A DNA stretch of 41,175 nucleotides from a virus. Below the pieces are notes generated by a model that saw only the letters and a program-made list of their open reading frames with translations, ran no database searches and was not told where the DNA came from. Made by a program: the position numbers and the translations under genes. The DNA lies in the IMG/VR virus record IMGVR_UViG_3300027651_000001, positions 1 through 41,175 of that record. One strand, 5' to 3'. Shown one piece after another: positions 1 to 7,858 of this stretch (position 1 is its first letter; every line of letters starts with the position of its first letter).

Positions 1-30
1 TCTCAGGGGCCGGGGCGGAGGATTGAAGAC
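1..30. repeat. Terminal 30-bp exact repeat, copy 1 (identical to 41146-41175); marks circular closure or a short terminal redundancy
   Basis: TCTCAGGGGCCGGGGCGGAGGATTGAAGAC is present at both window ends. Confidence 0.9.
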
Positions 31-348
31 ATGAATAATAATACCAGCACCAGCGCATTGCCCGCGTCCTGGACGCTCACCTACTACCCGCTGCACACCA
101 TGCCCGTTAGCGCGGCGCCCGCCGGGGCTACTATTGAGATCGCCATCTATGGCCGCTTCTCCTGCGGCGCCAACTACACCGTCACGGGTTACCAGGACCG
201 GACGGATAAGGTCCGCGCCCGTGGTCTGGGAGGTAGTCTCTACTACCTGAGCCCGACCAATACCTGCCGCATCATCAGTTTCAATCCCCGTGAGGGGCGA
301 ATTCGGATTGCGACCGCAACCCCGTCGGGAGGTAAAGCCTCCCCTTAA
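31..348 (+). CDS. Hypothetical early protein (105 aa)
   Basis: ORF with GGAGG (17-21) 9 nt upstream of the ATG; first gene after the early promoter region; contains the CRISPR-repeat-like element, so coding status is not certain. Confidence 0.5.
   Translation: MNNNTSTSALPASWTLTYYPLHTMPVSAAPAGATIEIAIYGRFSCGANYTVTGYQDRTDKVRARGLGGSLYYLSPTNTCRIISFNPREGRIRIATATPSGGKASP
278..314 (+). repeat. Solitary 37-nt CRISPR-repeat-like element GTTTCAATCCCCGTGAGGGGCGAATTCGGATTGCGAC
   Basis: GTTTCAAT 5' end, internal CCCC-GTGA-GGGG hairpin, ATTGCGAC 3' end; the termini form an imperfect inverted repeat; single copy only. Confidence 0.3.
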
Positions 349-389
349 TCGCACCCGCCACGGACGGCAGGGAATGCCTGTAAGCCCCC
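345..389 (+). repeat. 45-nt leader repeat, copy A (44/45 identical to 41033-41077)
   Basis: TTAATCGCACCCGCCACGGACGGCAGGGAATGCCTGTAAGCCCCC lies just upstream of the second early gene; contains the small hairpin GGCA-GGGAA-TGCC. Confidence 0.85.
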
Positions 390-411
390 ATCGTGGGCAG
401 GGCTAGGAGGA

Positions 412-855
412 TTGAAAATGAACAGGTATTTCGCCGGGCAATGCAGCGAGCGCGATTTCGTGCTCTGCGCCCTCGCCGAGGGCGCCCGCATCGGCTACGA
501 TGAGTCCGGCACGACCTGGGCCATCGTCGATGAGTCCCAGGTGCCCGCCGGGGTCGGGGAGATCACGTTCCTCCCGACCCCCCGGATCGGGGAGGTTTGT
601 TTGCCATCCGGCGACGTGCTGGAGTGGCAGCAGGTGCCAATCGGCGACCCGCGCGGAGCGTGCTTCTACCTCCGCGCCACGGACCCCTGGATGCTGGTCT
701 ACAGCCGCGTCCACAGCGGGTGGGCTGTAGACGCGGAGGGGGATACCTCCGACCTGCGCTGGTCGCCGACTCCGACTGATCCGGCGGATCGGATCGAGGA
801 TTATACCAGGGCCACCCTCGAACTGAGGGCCGGATACGCGGAGGTCCTAAGGTGA
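412..855 (+). CDS. Hypothetical early protein (147 aa)
   Basis: ORF with AGGAGG 7 nt upstream of the ATG; its stop overlaps the next start (GTGA). Confidence 0.65.
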   Translation: MKMNRYFAGQCSERDFVLCALAEGARIGYDESGTTWAIVDESQVPAGVGEITFLPTPRIGEVCLPSGDVLEWQQVPIGDPRGACFYLRATDPWMLVYSRVHSGWAVDAEGDTSDLRWSPTPTDPADRIEDYTRATLELRAGYAEVLR

Positions 856-1181
856 AGAACGAAATGATAAGTGATGTTTTCCTGGCACTGAATATGGCCG
901 ACCGCTTGCCGGACGGCTACGCCTGGGAGGTGTCAGTGAGTAATTACTCCGCCGGCACCGACGTCAAACTGACAATCCAGGCCGGCACACAGGAGCACGT
1001 TCGGTCTGTACAGGAGGCGCTGCAGAAGGCGCTGCGGGATCAGTGGGTTTGCTCCTGGTGTGAGGGGTGCAAATGGTGGCAGTACGATGCCACCGTCGGC
1101 ACTCTCAGCGTCCAAATCTACGCCGTTCGCGAGGCCCCACCGAACCCGTTCGGCGACGGGGCGAGGGCGAACAACATATGA
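852..1181 (+). CDS. Hypothetical protein (109 aa), Cys-rich C-terminal part (CSWCEGC)
   Basis: GTG start overlapping the upstream stop; GGAGG 7 nt upstream; ATGA overlap with the next gene. Confidence 0.6.
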   Translation: MKNEMISDVFLALNMADRLPDGYAWEVSVSNYSAGTDVKLTIQAGTQEHVRSVQEALQKALRDQWVCSWCEGCKWWQYDATVGTLSVQIYAVREAPPNPFGDGARANNI

Positions 1182-1597
1182 CCGAGCGTGAGGCCATCCA
1201 ACTCCTGAAACAGGCAGGCCAGGGACAGAAACTCCCTCCTGTCTACCAGAAGGGGTGGACTCACGACGGCGTAACGAGCCAGGGAGAGGAGTGGTTCGTC
1301 GCCTACTATCAACTCCTCAAGCCCGCGTTCCCCATGCCTGTCCGGGAGTACATCATTTTCCCGGACAGGCAACAGAGAGTAGATTTCTGCATTGTGGAGG
1401 CGCGCATCGTCATCGAGATCGAGGGAGTCAGTCACCGACTCACACGATACGAAAGCGACATCCGCAAGTACAACCGAATCAGCGCGGAGGGCTGGACCCT
1501 CCTGCGCATCACGGCGAAGATGCTCAAAGACGATCCGGAAGGCTTTTTCCAGATCATCGCCAGCGTCTACGCAGAAAGAACCAGGGAGATACCATGA
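1178..1597 (+). CDS. DUF559 / Vsr-like restriction-endonuclease-fold domain protein
   Basis: Motif VDFCIVEARIVIEIEGVSH...DIRKYNRISAEGWTLLRI matches the D..E.DG..H...R...L...G fold signature; ATGA coupling at both ends. Confidence 0.6.
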   Translation: MTEREAIQLLKQAGQGQKLPPVYQKGWTHDGVTSQGEEWFVAYYQLLKPAFPMPVREYIIFPDRQQRVDFCIVEARIVIEIEGVSHRLTRYESDIRKYNRISAEGWTLLRITAKMLKDDPEGFFQIIASVYAERTREIP

Positions 1598-2025
1598 ACA
1601 CCAAAACGGTTCAAATCCTATCCATCTGCGGCGCCGCGCTCTTCGAGGGCAAGCCGGACGAGAAACTGAGAGAGGTCATCGTCCGCGCCGTCGCGGGCGG
1701 GGCGGACCTGAGCGAGGCGGACCTGCGCGGGGCGTACCTGAGCGGGGCGAACCTGAGCGGGGCGAACCTGAGCGAGGCGGACCTGCGCTGGGCGAAAATC
1801 AACTGGTCTTCTCACGACCTCGTCGCAGAGATTTTGCGGCGTGAGGCTGGAGGCGACATCGCCAAACTCAAGATCGCTGGCTTGTTCCTGGTAACGCGCG
1901 ATCTCTGCTGGCCTGATTACCTGGCGCTAGACGATGCCTGCAAGGCATGGGCGCTGGACACTCTGTCGGGCTACGTCGTGGACGGTGACGACGCACCCGC
2001 CGTTCTCCGCAACCAAAGGGGATAA
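1594..2025 (+). CDS. Pentapeptide-repeat protein (143 aa)
   Basis: ADLSEADLRGAYLSGANLSGANLSEADLRWAKI is made of consecutive A(D/N)LSx pentapeptides; ATG overlaps the upstream stop. Confidence 0.8.
   Translation: MNTKTVQILSICGAALFEGKPDEKLREVIVRAVAGGADLSEADLRGAYLSGANLSGANLSEADLRWAKINWSSHDLVAEILRREAGGDIAKLKIAGLFLVTRDLCWPDYLALDDACKAWALDTLSGYVVDGDDAPAVLRNQRG
1701..1794 (+). repeat. 15-bp tandem nucleotide repeats encoding the pentapeptide repeats
   Basis: GCGGACCTGAGCGAG / GCGAACCTGAGCGGG units are reiterated; this explains the cluster of repetitive ORFs on both strands. Confidence 0.85.
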
Positions 2026-2028
2026 GCA

Positions 2029-2220
2029 ATGGCCGAAGAAGAACCGTTTTCCCGGCAGGAGTGGGACGCAGGCGTACGCCGCACGATGGGCTCTCGCCGC
2101 CGCAACCGAGAGCGCGCCTACCGCCAGGAGCGCGCCAGGCTGATAAACTGGACCTGCGGAGCAGTGGCGATGCTGCTGCTCTTGCTCCTGGTCGCCTATC
2201 TGCTGCTGGATCCGAGGTAA
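2029..2220 (+). CDS. Small membrane protein (63 aa, one TM helix)
   Basis: C-terminal hydrophobic stretch AVAMLLLLLLVAYLLL after a basic N-terminus. Confidence 0.55.
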   Translation: MAEEEPFSRQEWDAGVRRTMGSRRRNRERAYRQERARLINWTCGAVAMLLLLLLVAYLLLDPR

Positions 2221-2230
2221 GGAGAGGATC

Positions 2231-3115
2231 ATGAGCGAGGAAACAGCCGAGTACGACGCGGGCAGTAGGAAAATGCCCGCCGCCGTGAGGGCGGGACTCA
2301 TCACCGTCCACGGAGGGAACCTCTACCTGAAGGCCCCCTATCGAATCCTGTGGTTCCGGGAGGAACATCCCGATTGGACCATAGAGACCGAGATCGTCGA
2401 AGGAGGATACGCGGAGAACTACTGCGTCGTCAAGGCGACCATATCCAACGCGGAGGGCAGGGTCGTGGCGACGGGGCACAAGGAGGAGGCGAAGGGCAAG
2501 TTTCCATTCCTCTCCAAAGCCGAAACGGGCGCGATTGCCCGGGCGCTCGCCGTTTGTGGATACGGTACCCAGTTTGGGGAGATCGACGACGACGGCCCCA
2601 ACAATGTAGCCGACTCCCCGCTGCCTGCCAGAGGCGCGAACGGCAGGCGTGTCGATCAGGAGACAGGAGAGATCCTGCCTGCTCACCCCCTGCCGAAGTC
2701 GCAGGCAACGCCTCTCCAGCAGGCAAAGCGGCTGTTCCGGCAAACCATCGCGAAATTCGACCCGTCGTATGGGGCCATCGACGATTTCCCCGGGCGCGAT
2801 ATGACCGCATGGGTAAAGGCCGTCACGGAGTCGGCCGATACGCTGGAGGTGGTCGCGATCAATGAAAGCGCCTGGCGCGTCGCCGCCGCCGTCCTGCAGG
2901 AGTTCCAGGCCGCCCACCCCGCCGCCACCCCGGAAGTGATCCGGCAGGCCATGCAGGAGCGATACAAGTGCCCTGAAAATATGAACCTGCCTGATTTCAC
3001 AGGGGCCATGTGGAAAGGCGTTTTCGCGGACGAGCCCACCACGACGCCCACCGCCCCGGCGAAGGGCGAACTCGTCGAACTGTTCCCGGCAAAGGAAGGG
3101 GCGGCGACGGCATGA
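2231..3115 (+). CDS. Single-strand annealing protein, Rad52/Sak-like
   Basis: YLKAPYRILWF...VVKATI...G...KAETGAIARALAVCGYG resembles the Rad52-family core ending in A.TDA.KRAL..FG.G; sits next to the helicase. Confidence 0.55.
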   Translation: MSEETAEYDAGSRKMPAAVRAGLITVHGGNLYLKAPYRILWFREEHPDWTIETEIVEGGYAENYCVVKATISNAEGRVVATGHKEEAKGKFPFLSKAETGAIARALAVCGYGTQFGEIDDDGPNNVADSPLPARGANGRRVDQETGEILPAHPLPKSQATPLQQAKRLFRQTIAKFDPSYGAIDDFPGRDMTAWVKAVTESADTLEVVAINESAWRVAAAVLQEFQAAHPAATPEVIRQAMQERYKCPENMNLPDFTGAMWKGVFADEPTTTPTAPAKGELVELFPAKEGAATA

Positions 3116-3483
3116 ACACTGAGAGAAAGGAACACATCAGGGAAGCCCTTGACGACTGGAGCGAGAACCGCAGAGTTTCAACGCTGGAGGTGATACCCCG
3201 GTGCCCGGAGTGTCGCGCCACTGTCGCGTCGGGAGCAGGAGGGCACCACCCTTCCTGCTCCTTCCGGGAAAGGGTTAGGCAGGAGAGGCCGACCGGACTG
3301 CAGGCACGCCCCGCCGTCGTCACAGGACCAGGCGCAGAGGGGTTGGTCGTAGCTACCCCGGGACCGCTCCGGGCAGACGAGACGTGGCTGGGCGGCGACA
3401 AGCGCACAGAGCTACAACGAGCGGCGGCGACAGAGGCCCGTAAGTCCGTCATCGCACAGTTCAGACGAGGGAGATTTGCATGA
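3112..3483 (+). CDS. Hypothetical protein (123 aa) with a CPEC...HHPSC metal-binding-like motif
   Basis: ATGA overlap with the upstream gene; in-frame internal start of the 3010-3483 ORF. Confidence 0.55.
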   Translation: MNTERKEHIREALDDWSENRRVSTLEVIPRCPECRATVASGAGGHHPSCSFRERVRQERPTGLQARPAVVTGPGAEGLVVATPGPLRADETWLGGDKRTELQRAAATEARKSVIAQFRRGRFA

Positions 3484-4307
3484 GCAACGCATTCCAGGGC
3501 GAACTGGAAGTCAGCCCCGACCTGCCCCAACTCAGCAGGCGGGAGGCGGAGATCCGCACCGCGCAGAACATCAGCGAAGGCGGCAAGGCTGCCATTGGCC
3601 TGTACCTATTCGTCCGGCAGGGCGGACTCAGGGCCTCGGGCACGCACTTTGAAGACTACTGCCGAGACGTGTTCGGGATCGCCGAACGCACCGGCCGGTA
3701 CTGGCTGGCAAGGGTCCGGGCAACCCTCGTCGCCCGGGGCATCGGTGAGCAAAACCTGCTGGCCTACTACATGACCGCAAGCACGAACCTGCGCCTGCTG
3801 CCGACCGCGCTAGCTGTCGAGGTCTGCCGCCTACCACCCGGCCAAGCCCTACCCGCCTACGAACGATGGGCAACCATCAGAGGCGACGAAAAGGGAGGCC
3901 GCAAGAGCGCCGCGAAGGACTTCCGGAAGATCGCCGCACAGATGTTCGGAGATCAAAACGCCGCAACGGTTGCGGCGCAAGCACACTCTGGCACTATTAA
4001 GCAACCAGAAGCAAATATGATTCAACCTCCTCCTACTCCCCGTGAGGCCCCGGAGGAGACGGTCGGGCAGGACTCCGGAGAGGATGAGAGCAGGATGTTT
4101 GCGGCCCCCACCACGGAACCGCCGCCCTGCCCCGACTGCGGGGAACCTCTCTCGGACGGCTGCCAGTCCATTACCGAGTTGACCGTGACTTCTGCGACGC
4201 CCCACGCCGCCGGGAACTTCTGGCTGGTGAGGGCGACGGACGGGAACGGCCGGGCGTACGTCATGCGCCTGAACAGGAGCATACTGCAGATGGAGGAGAG
4301 GCAATGA
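3480..4307 (+). CDS. Putative DNA-binding / replication-associated protein (275 aa)
   Basis: N-terminal HTH-like segment FEDYCRDVFGIAERTGRYWLARVR; C-terminal CPDC...C motif; translationally coupled. Confidence 0.5.
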   Translation: MSNAFQGELEVSPDLPQLSRREAEIRTAQNISEGGKAAIGLYLFVRQGGLRASGTHFEDYCRDVFGIAERTGRYWLARVRATLVARGIGEQNLLAYYMTASTNLRLLPTALAVEVCRLPPGQALPAYERWATIRGDEKGGRKSAAKDFRKIAAQMFGDQNAATVAAQAHSGTIKQPEANMIQPPPTPREAPEETVGQDSGEDESRMFAAPTTEPPPCPDCGEPLSDGCQSITELTVTSATPHAAGNFWLVRATDGNGRAYVMRLNRSILQMEERQ

Positions 4308-4564
4308 AAACGAAGGCGCCCACGCCCCCACAGTTGGCCGTGCTGCAGGCCGTCCACGACTACAACGCGCACCACCGGCTGAACCCCACCTACCGGGACG
4401 TGGTGAAGCGCGTAGGGATCAGCTACAGCAACGTTCAATTCAGGGTCAAGGCTCTGCTGCAGAAGGGCCTGCTGACCAACGAGCCCGGAGTCGCCAGAAG
4501 TCTGGCGCTCACTGCAGAGGGCGAACGCGCGATCAAGGAGGCCGCCAGTGGACGCGCAGCATGA
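4304..4564 (+). CDS. Winged-helix (LexA N-terminal/MarR-like) DNA-binding protein (86 aa)
   Basis: PPQLAVLQAVHDY...PTYRDVVKRVGISYSNVQFRVKALLQKGLL is a typical wHTH pattern. Confidence 0.6.
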   Translation: MKTKAPTPPQLAVLQAVHDYNAHHRLNPTYRDVVKRVGISYSNVQFRVKALLQKGLLTNEPGVARSLALTAEGERAIKEAASGRAA

Positions 4565-4754
4565 GGAGTTCCGAGCCGCAGTTCGGCAGATGCGCAACGC
4601 TCAAAAGAAGTTCTTCCGAAGCGCCCCGGGCACCCAAGACAGAGAGGACGCATATGCAGACTCCCGAAAATGGGAGCGCAGAGTCGACAAAATGCTCAAA
4701 CCGCAGCAACTCTGCCTGCTGGAAGAGATGGAGGTGGGCAGTGCAGATCCTTAG
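4548..4754 (+). CDS. Hypothetical protein (68 aa)
   Basis: GTG-start ORF bridging the wHTH and helicase genes, overlapping both. Confidence 0.45.
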   Translation: MDAQHEEFRAAVRQMRNAQKKFFRSAPGTQDREDAYADSRKWERRVDKMLKPQQLCLLEEMEVGSADP

Positions 4755-6528
4755 ACCCTACCAGGTCGCCGCCGCCGCCGCCGTATGGGAGGCGCACGAC
4801 GACTTCTTCAACTCCGTCCTGATCGTGATGCCTACCGGATGCGGCAAGACGACCGTGCTGGCGCAGATCGTCAAAGAGGCGTTGCGGCGGGAATGGTACG
4901 TGCTGGTCACCGCGCATCGCTACGAGATCGTGCAGCAGCTCTATGAGCGTATCCGCTCTCACTGCGACCTCTGCCCGTTCACGGACATCGGGATCGAAAT
5001 GGCCGACACGAGGGCGCCGGGTTCGGCCCGGGTCATCTGCGCTTCTGTCGATACCATCGTCAACCCGAAGCGCATCCCCGAATTTAAGGCGAAGGTCTCC
5101 CTGCTCATTCGGGATGAGGCCCACCGGGGAGCGTGCGACACGGATCGCAAGATCGCCGAGCAGTGCGGGGTAAACGAGCAGCGATGCTTCTACCTCGGCT
5201 GCACCGCCACGGCAAAGCGCTATGACAAGCAAAGCCTCTACGCCTTTGGGGAGGACGGAGCGCCGGTAAGGCTGAAGGACAAAAAGGGCGTGGAGTTCGA
5301 CGCCAAACCTGCCGATTGCATCTTCGAGAAGTTGGCCTACGAGTACCCCCTTGAGGATGCGATCGAAGACGGTTGGATCGTCGAGCCCAAAGGCCACACG
5401 GTCAAAACCGTTACGGACCTCCGGAAGGTCAAGAAGACCGCAGGCGATTTCAATATCGGGGAGTTGTCAAAAGCCATCGACAATGCGACCCGGACCCTGG
5501 AAGCTATCCAGGGATGGAAAGAGGCCGGGGCCGACACCCGGCCGACGCTCGCCTTCTGCGCGACCGTTGAACACGCCCACCATAGCGCCGAACTGTTCCG
5601 AGCGGCCGGCTACACCGCCGCCGCCATCGACGGCACCACCGAGAAGATGGAGCGCCATCGCACCTTTGCCGACTTCGCCGCTGGCCGGTTGCGCGTCCTC
5701 TGCAACGTCGGAATCGCCACGGAGGGAGTCGACCTGGTCAACTGCGGCTGCGTCATCCACCTTCGGCCGACCATGAGTTGGGGACTGTTCTGTCAGATGA
5801 CCGGCAGGGGAGTACGGCCCGTGCTGTCCCTCCCGAACGAATGGACAGCATCGGAGCGCCGCGCCGCCATCGCCGCAAGTGACAAGCCTGACCTTATAGT
5901 GATCGACGTCGTTGACATCACGAGCGGCAAGGATCTCTGCACGACGCCCTCCCTGCTGGACCTACCGGCCGGGCTGGACCTGCAAGGCGTCGGCGCCCTG
6001 GAGGCAAAGAAGCTACTGGAGGAGTTCCGGGAGGTCAAGGACCGCGTGATCGGAGAATGCCCGGTCACCTACGAGGAACTGAAGGTGCGGCTGGAGGCGG
6101 TGAACCTGCTGATGCGGAGCGCCGTACAGTCGCGCGACGAATGGCGCGTCACACCGGACGGCTTCCAGTACAACCGCGTCCGACCCTTCTACAGCATCAA
6201 CATGGAGAAGGACGGCGACTCCTTTGTGCTGCGCGTCAAGCACGCCCAGGAAACGATCTGTGAGCGGCGCGGCAAGCCCGGCGAGGATTTCACCCGCTAC
6301 CTGGAGAGCGCGCGCAAGCATGGGCAGGAGGTCATCGACGCACATTTCAAGGCGAACGTGACCTCCCGTGGGACACTGGCGAGGCTAACGGAGAAGCAGC
6401 AGCGCGTCCTCCGACGCCGCCACACCCTGCCCGAGATCGACGCCATGCCGTACGCGAAAGCGAAAGCGCTGATAGGCAAATACTGTGAAGAGTACCGGCA
6501 GAGCAATCCTGACTACTTTGCCGCGTGA
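4741..6528 (+). CDS. SF2 DEAD/DEAH-box helicase
   Basis: Walker A MPTGCGKT, motif II IRDEAHRG, later motifs ATEGVDL and QMTGRGVR; GTG start at 4741 after GGAGGTGG. Confidence 0.85.
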   Translation: MQILRPYQVAAAAAVWEAHDDFFNSVLIVMPTGCGKTTVLAQIVKEALRREWYVLVTAHRYEIVQQLYERIRSHCDLCPFTDIGIEMADTRAPGSARVICASVDTIVNPKRIPEFKAKVSLLIRDEAHRGACDTDRKIAEQCGVNEQRCFYLGCTATAKRYDKQSLYAFGEDGAPVRLKDKKGVEFDAKPADCIFEKLAYEYPLEDAIEDGWIVEPKGHTVKTVTDLRKVKKTAGDFNIGELSKAIDNATRTLEAIQGWKEAGADTRPTLAFCATVEHAHHSAELFRAAGYTAAAIDGTTEKMERHRTFADFAAGRLRVLCNVGIATEGVDLVNCGCVIHLRPTMSWGLFCQMTGRGVRPVLSLPNEWTASERRAAIAASDKPDLIVIDVVDITSGKDLCTTPSLLDLPAGLDLQGVGALEAKKLLEEFREVKDRVIGECPVTYEELKVRLEAVNLLMRSAVQSRDEWRVTPDGFQYNRVRPFYSINMEKDGDSFVLRVKHAQETICERRGKPGEDFTRYLESARKHGQEVIDAHFKANVTSRGTLARLTEKQQRVLRRRHTLPEIDAMPYAKAKALIGKYCEEYRQSNPDYFAA

Positions 6529-6537
6529 GGAGGAACA

Positions 6538-6690
6538 TGAGAAGACCGCTGCTATTGGATCTTTTCTGCGGAGCGGGGGCAGGGAAGCGTGAGACCGTTA
6601 CGGACGCGCCTAGCCAATACCTCCCTGCTATGCCTACAGAGACAGCAGTCAAGGGCAAGAAGTTTCGAGAGAGAAAAGGGGAAGCATGAG
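6538..6690 (+). pseudogene. 50-aa mini-ORF starting with a SAM-methyltransferase motif I-like sequence (LLDLFCGAGAG); possible C5-methyltransferase remnant
   Basis: MRRPLLLDLFCGAGAGKRE... with a strong GAGGAGG upstream; the ORF ends after 50 codons and no later MTase motifs follow. Confidence 0.3.
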
Positions 6691-6907
6691 CAGTGAAGCA
6701 AGCGAGAGAGAGGCGGATCGCATTGCATGGAAGCACGGCGACTCATTCCTCTGTGAAATCCAGATAGAGAGCCTTTCCACAGAGATCCTTGCGGCGCTGG
6801 ATGCAGCCGAGGAGCGAGGGCGCGTAGAAGCCACGCACACAGCGCAAAAGGCCGTACCCCTACCAGACCGACACCGCGAGGGGCAAACGAGCCCACCGCC
6901 TACGTAG
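6686..6907 (+). CDS. Hypothetical protein (73 aa)
   Basis: ATGA overlap with the upstream mini-ORF. Confidence 0.5.
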   Translation: MSSEASEREADRIAWKHGDSFLCEIQIESLSTEILAALDAAEERGRVEATHTAQKAVPLPDRHREGQTSPPPT

Positions 6908-6949
6908 GGACGGCCTGTGAGCCGGATTGAAGCAAAGAGAGGAAAGCAG

Positions 6950-7267
6950 ATGAAACGAATCGTACTTGTCGGGCCGATGACCAGACTGCCCGACTTCAAC
7001 CGTCCGGCGTTCCACCGAGCAGCAGAGGGTCTGCGGGCACAGGGATACACGGTTCACAACCCCGCAGAAGTCCATGAGAAGTGCCGAGAGGACTACATGC
7101 GCCGATCTATCATCGCAATCTTGGAGGGAGAATGGATAGTTACCCTCCCTGGCTGGGAGGACAGTCAAGGCGCCTGCCTGGAGGTTCGTGTCGCTCGCGC
7201 CATCGGAACGCCGGTGCGCGATCTGGCCGGGATGCTCAGGACGCCGACGACGGAGGAGAAACCGTGA
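6950..7267 (+). CDS. DUF4406 (nucleoside 2-deoxyribosyltransferase-like fold) protein
   Basis: MKRIVLVGPMTRLPDFNRPAFHRAAEGLRAQGYTVHNPAE...LPGWEDSQGACLEVRVA matches the DUF4406 pattern; GAGGAAAG upstream of the ATG. Confidence 0.65.
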   Translation: MKRIVLVGPMTRLPDFNRPAFHRAAEGLRAQGYTVHNPAEVHEKCREDYMRRSIIAILEGEWIVTLPGWEDSQGACLEVRVARAIGTPVRDLAGMLRTPTTEEKP

Positions 7268-7458
7268 AGATTGCTCGTCGTTTCTGGAATGGCTACTGCG
7301 GAAACTGTGATTGCGAGTGGGAAGGAATGCTTCAGCAGAACATCTGCCCAATTTGCGGATCGTCAACGGTTGACATCCGTGAAGTGGGATATGAAGGTCC
7401 AGGTATTACAGTTCTTCCGTCAATTTCCCGACGCGCACTTCAGGAGCGTGAACCATGA
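7264..7458 (+). CDS. Zinc-ribbon mini-protein (64 aa)
   Basis: CGNCDC...CPICG motifs; GTGA start/stop overlap. Confidence 0.55.
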   Translation: MKIARRFWNGYCGNCDCEWEGMLQQNICPICGSSTVDIREVGYEGPGITVLPSISRRALQEREP

Positions 7459-7673
7459 ACACCTGCCCCAACCTGAACGGTAGCCGCGTCCGGGTGCTGT
7501 ACGGCCCCTACAAAGGCCGCACGCTCACCGTGACGCATACCTACCCGAGAGGGCGCTACGAAGCGGCATCGCCGGGAAACTACGGCGCACGTATCTACCG
7601 GCGCGACGAACTGCAAGTCATCGCACCGCCGACGCCTGACGCACTCGAAGAGGCGATGAAGGACGAGCAATGA
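7455..7673 (+). CDS. Hypothetical protein (72 aa)
   Basis: ATGA-coupled ORF in the operon. Confidence 0.5.
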   Translation: MNTCPNLNGSRVRVLYGPYKGRTLTVTHTYPRGRYEAASPGNYGARIYRRDELQVIAPPTPDALEEAMKDEQ

Positions 7674-7858
7674 CCGAAGAGGCGCGAGCAGAGTACTGCC
7701 AGGACTGCCGGGGCGACGCCGTTTCCTGCTACGTCCGTCGTCTCTACCGCTACGGACTGCAGCGGCTCAAGGCGCAGGACATCGTCCGGGAGGAAGGCTG
7801 GTACTGCCGATGTGGCTGCCACGAACAAGAGGAAGGGATGAAGGAGGGGAAGGCGTGA
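7670..7858 (+). CDS. Cys-rich mini-protein (62 aa)
   Basis: CQDCRGDAVSC...CRCGCH; ATGA-coupled. Confidence 0.5.
   Translation: MTEEARAEYCQDCRGDAVSCYVRRLYRYGLQRLKAQDIVREEGWYCRCGCHEQEEGMKEGKA

Noticed and set aside
18-418. GGATTGAAGAC (20-30) and GGATTGAAAA (409-418) as further CRISPR repeat ends, which would imply a mini-array with the 278-314 element
   Set aside because: These are Shine-Dalgarno plus spacer contexts directly before ATG codons. The upstream sequences do not match the 37-mer, and the spacing (288 and 101 nt) is not array-like.
1611-1844. A cluster of repetitive ORFs on both strands, considered as a sign of a diversity-generating or retron-type element
   Set aside because: The cluster is explained by the 15-bp tandem repeats of the pentapeptide-repeat gene. 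There is no reverse transcriptase anywhere in the genome and no template/variable repeat pair.
1868-2917. 349-aa ORF on the - strand, antisense to the pentapeptide, membrane and annealing-protein genes
   Set aside because: The translation is Arg/Gly/Pro/Leu-rich and low-complexity, has no RBS, and fully overlaps well-supported + strand genes. This is a typical long antisense frame in GC-rich DNA.
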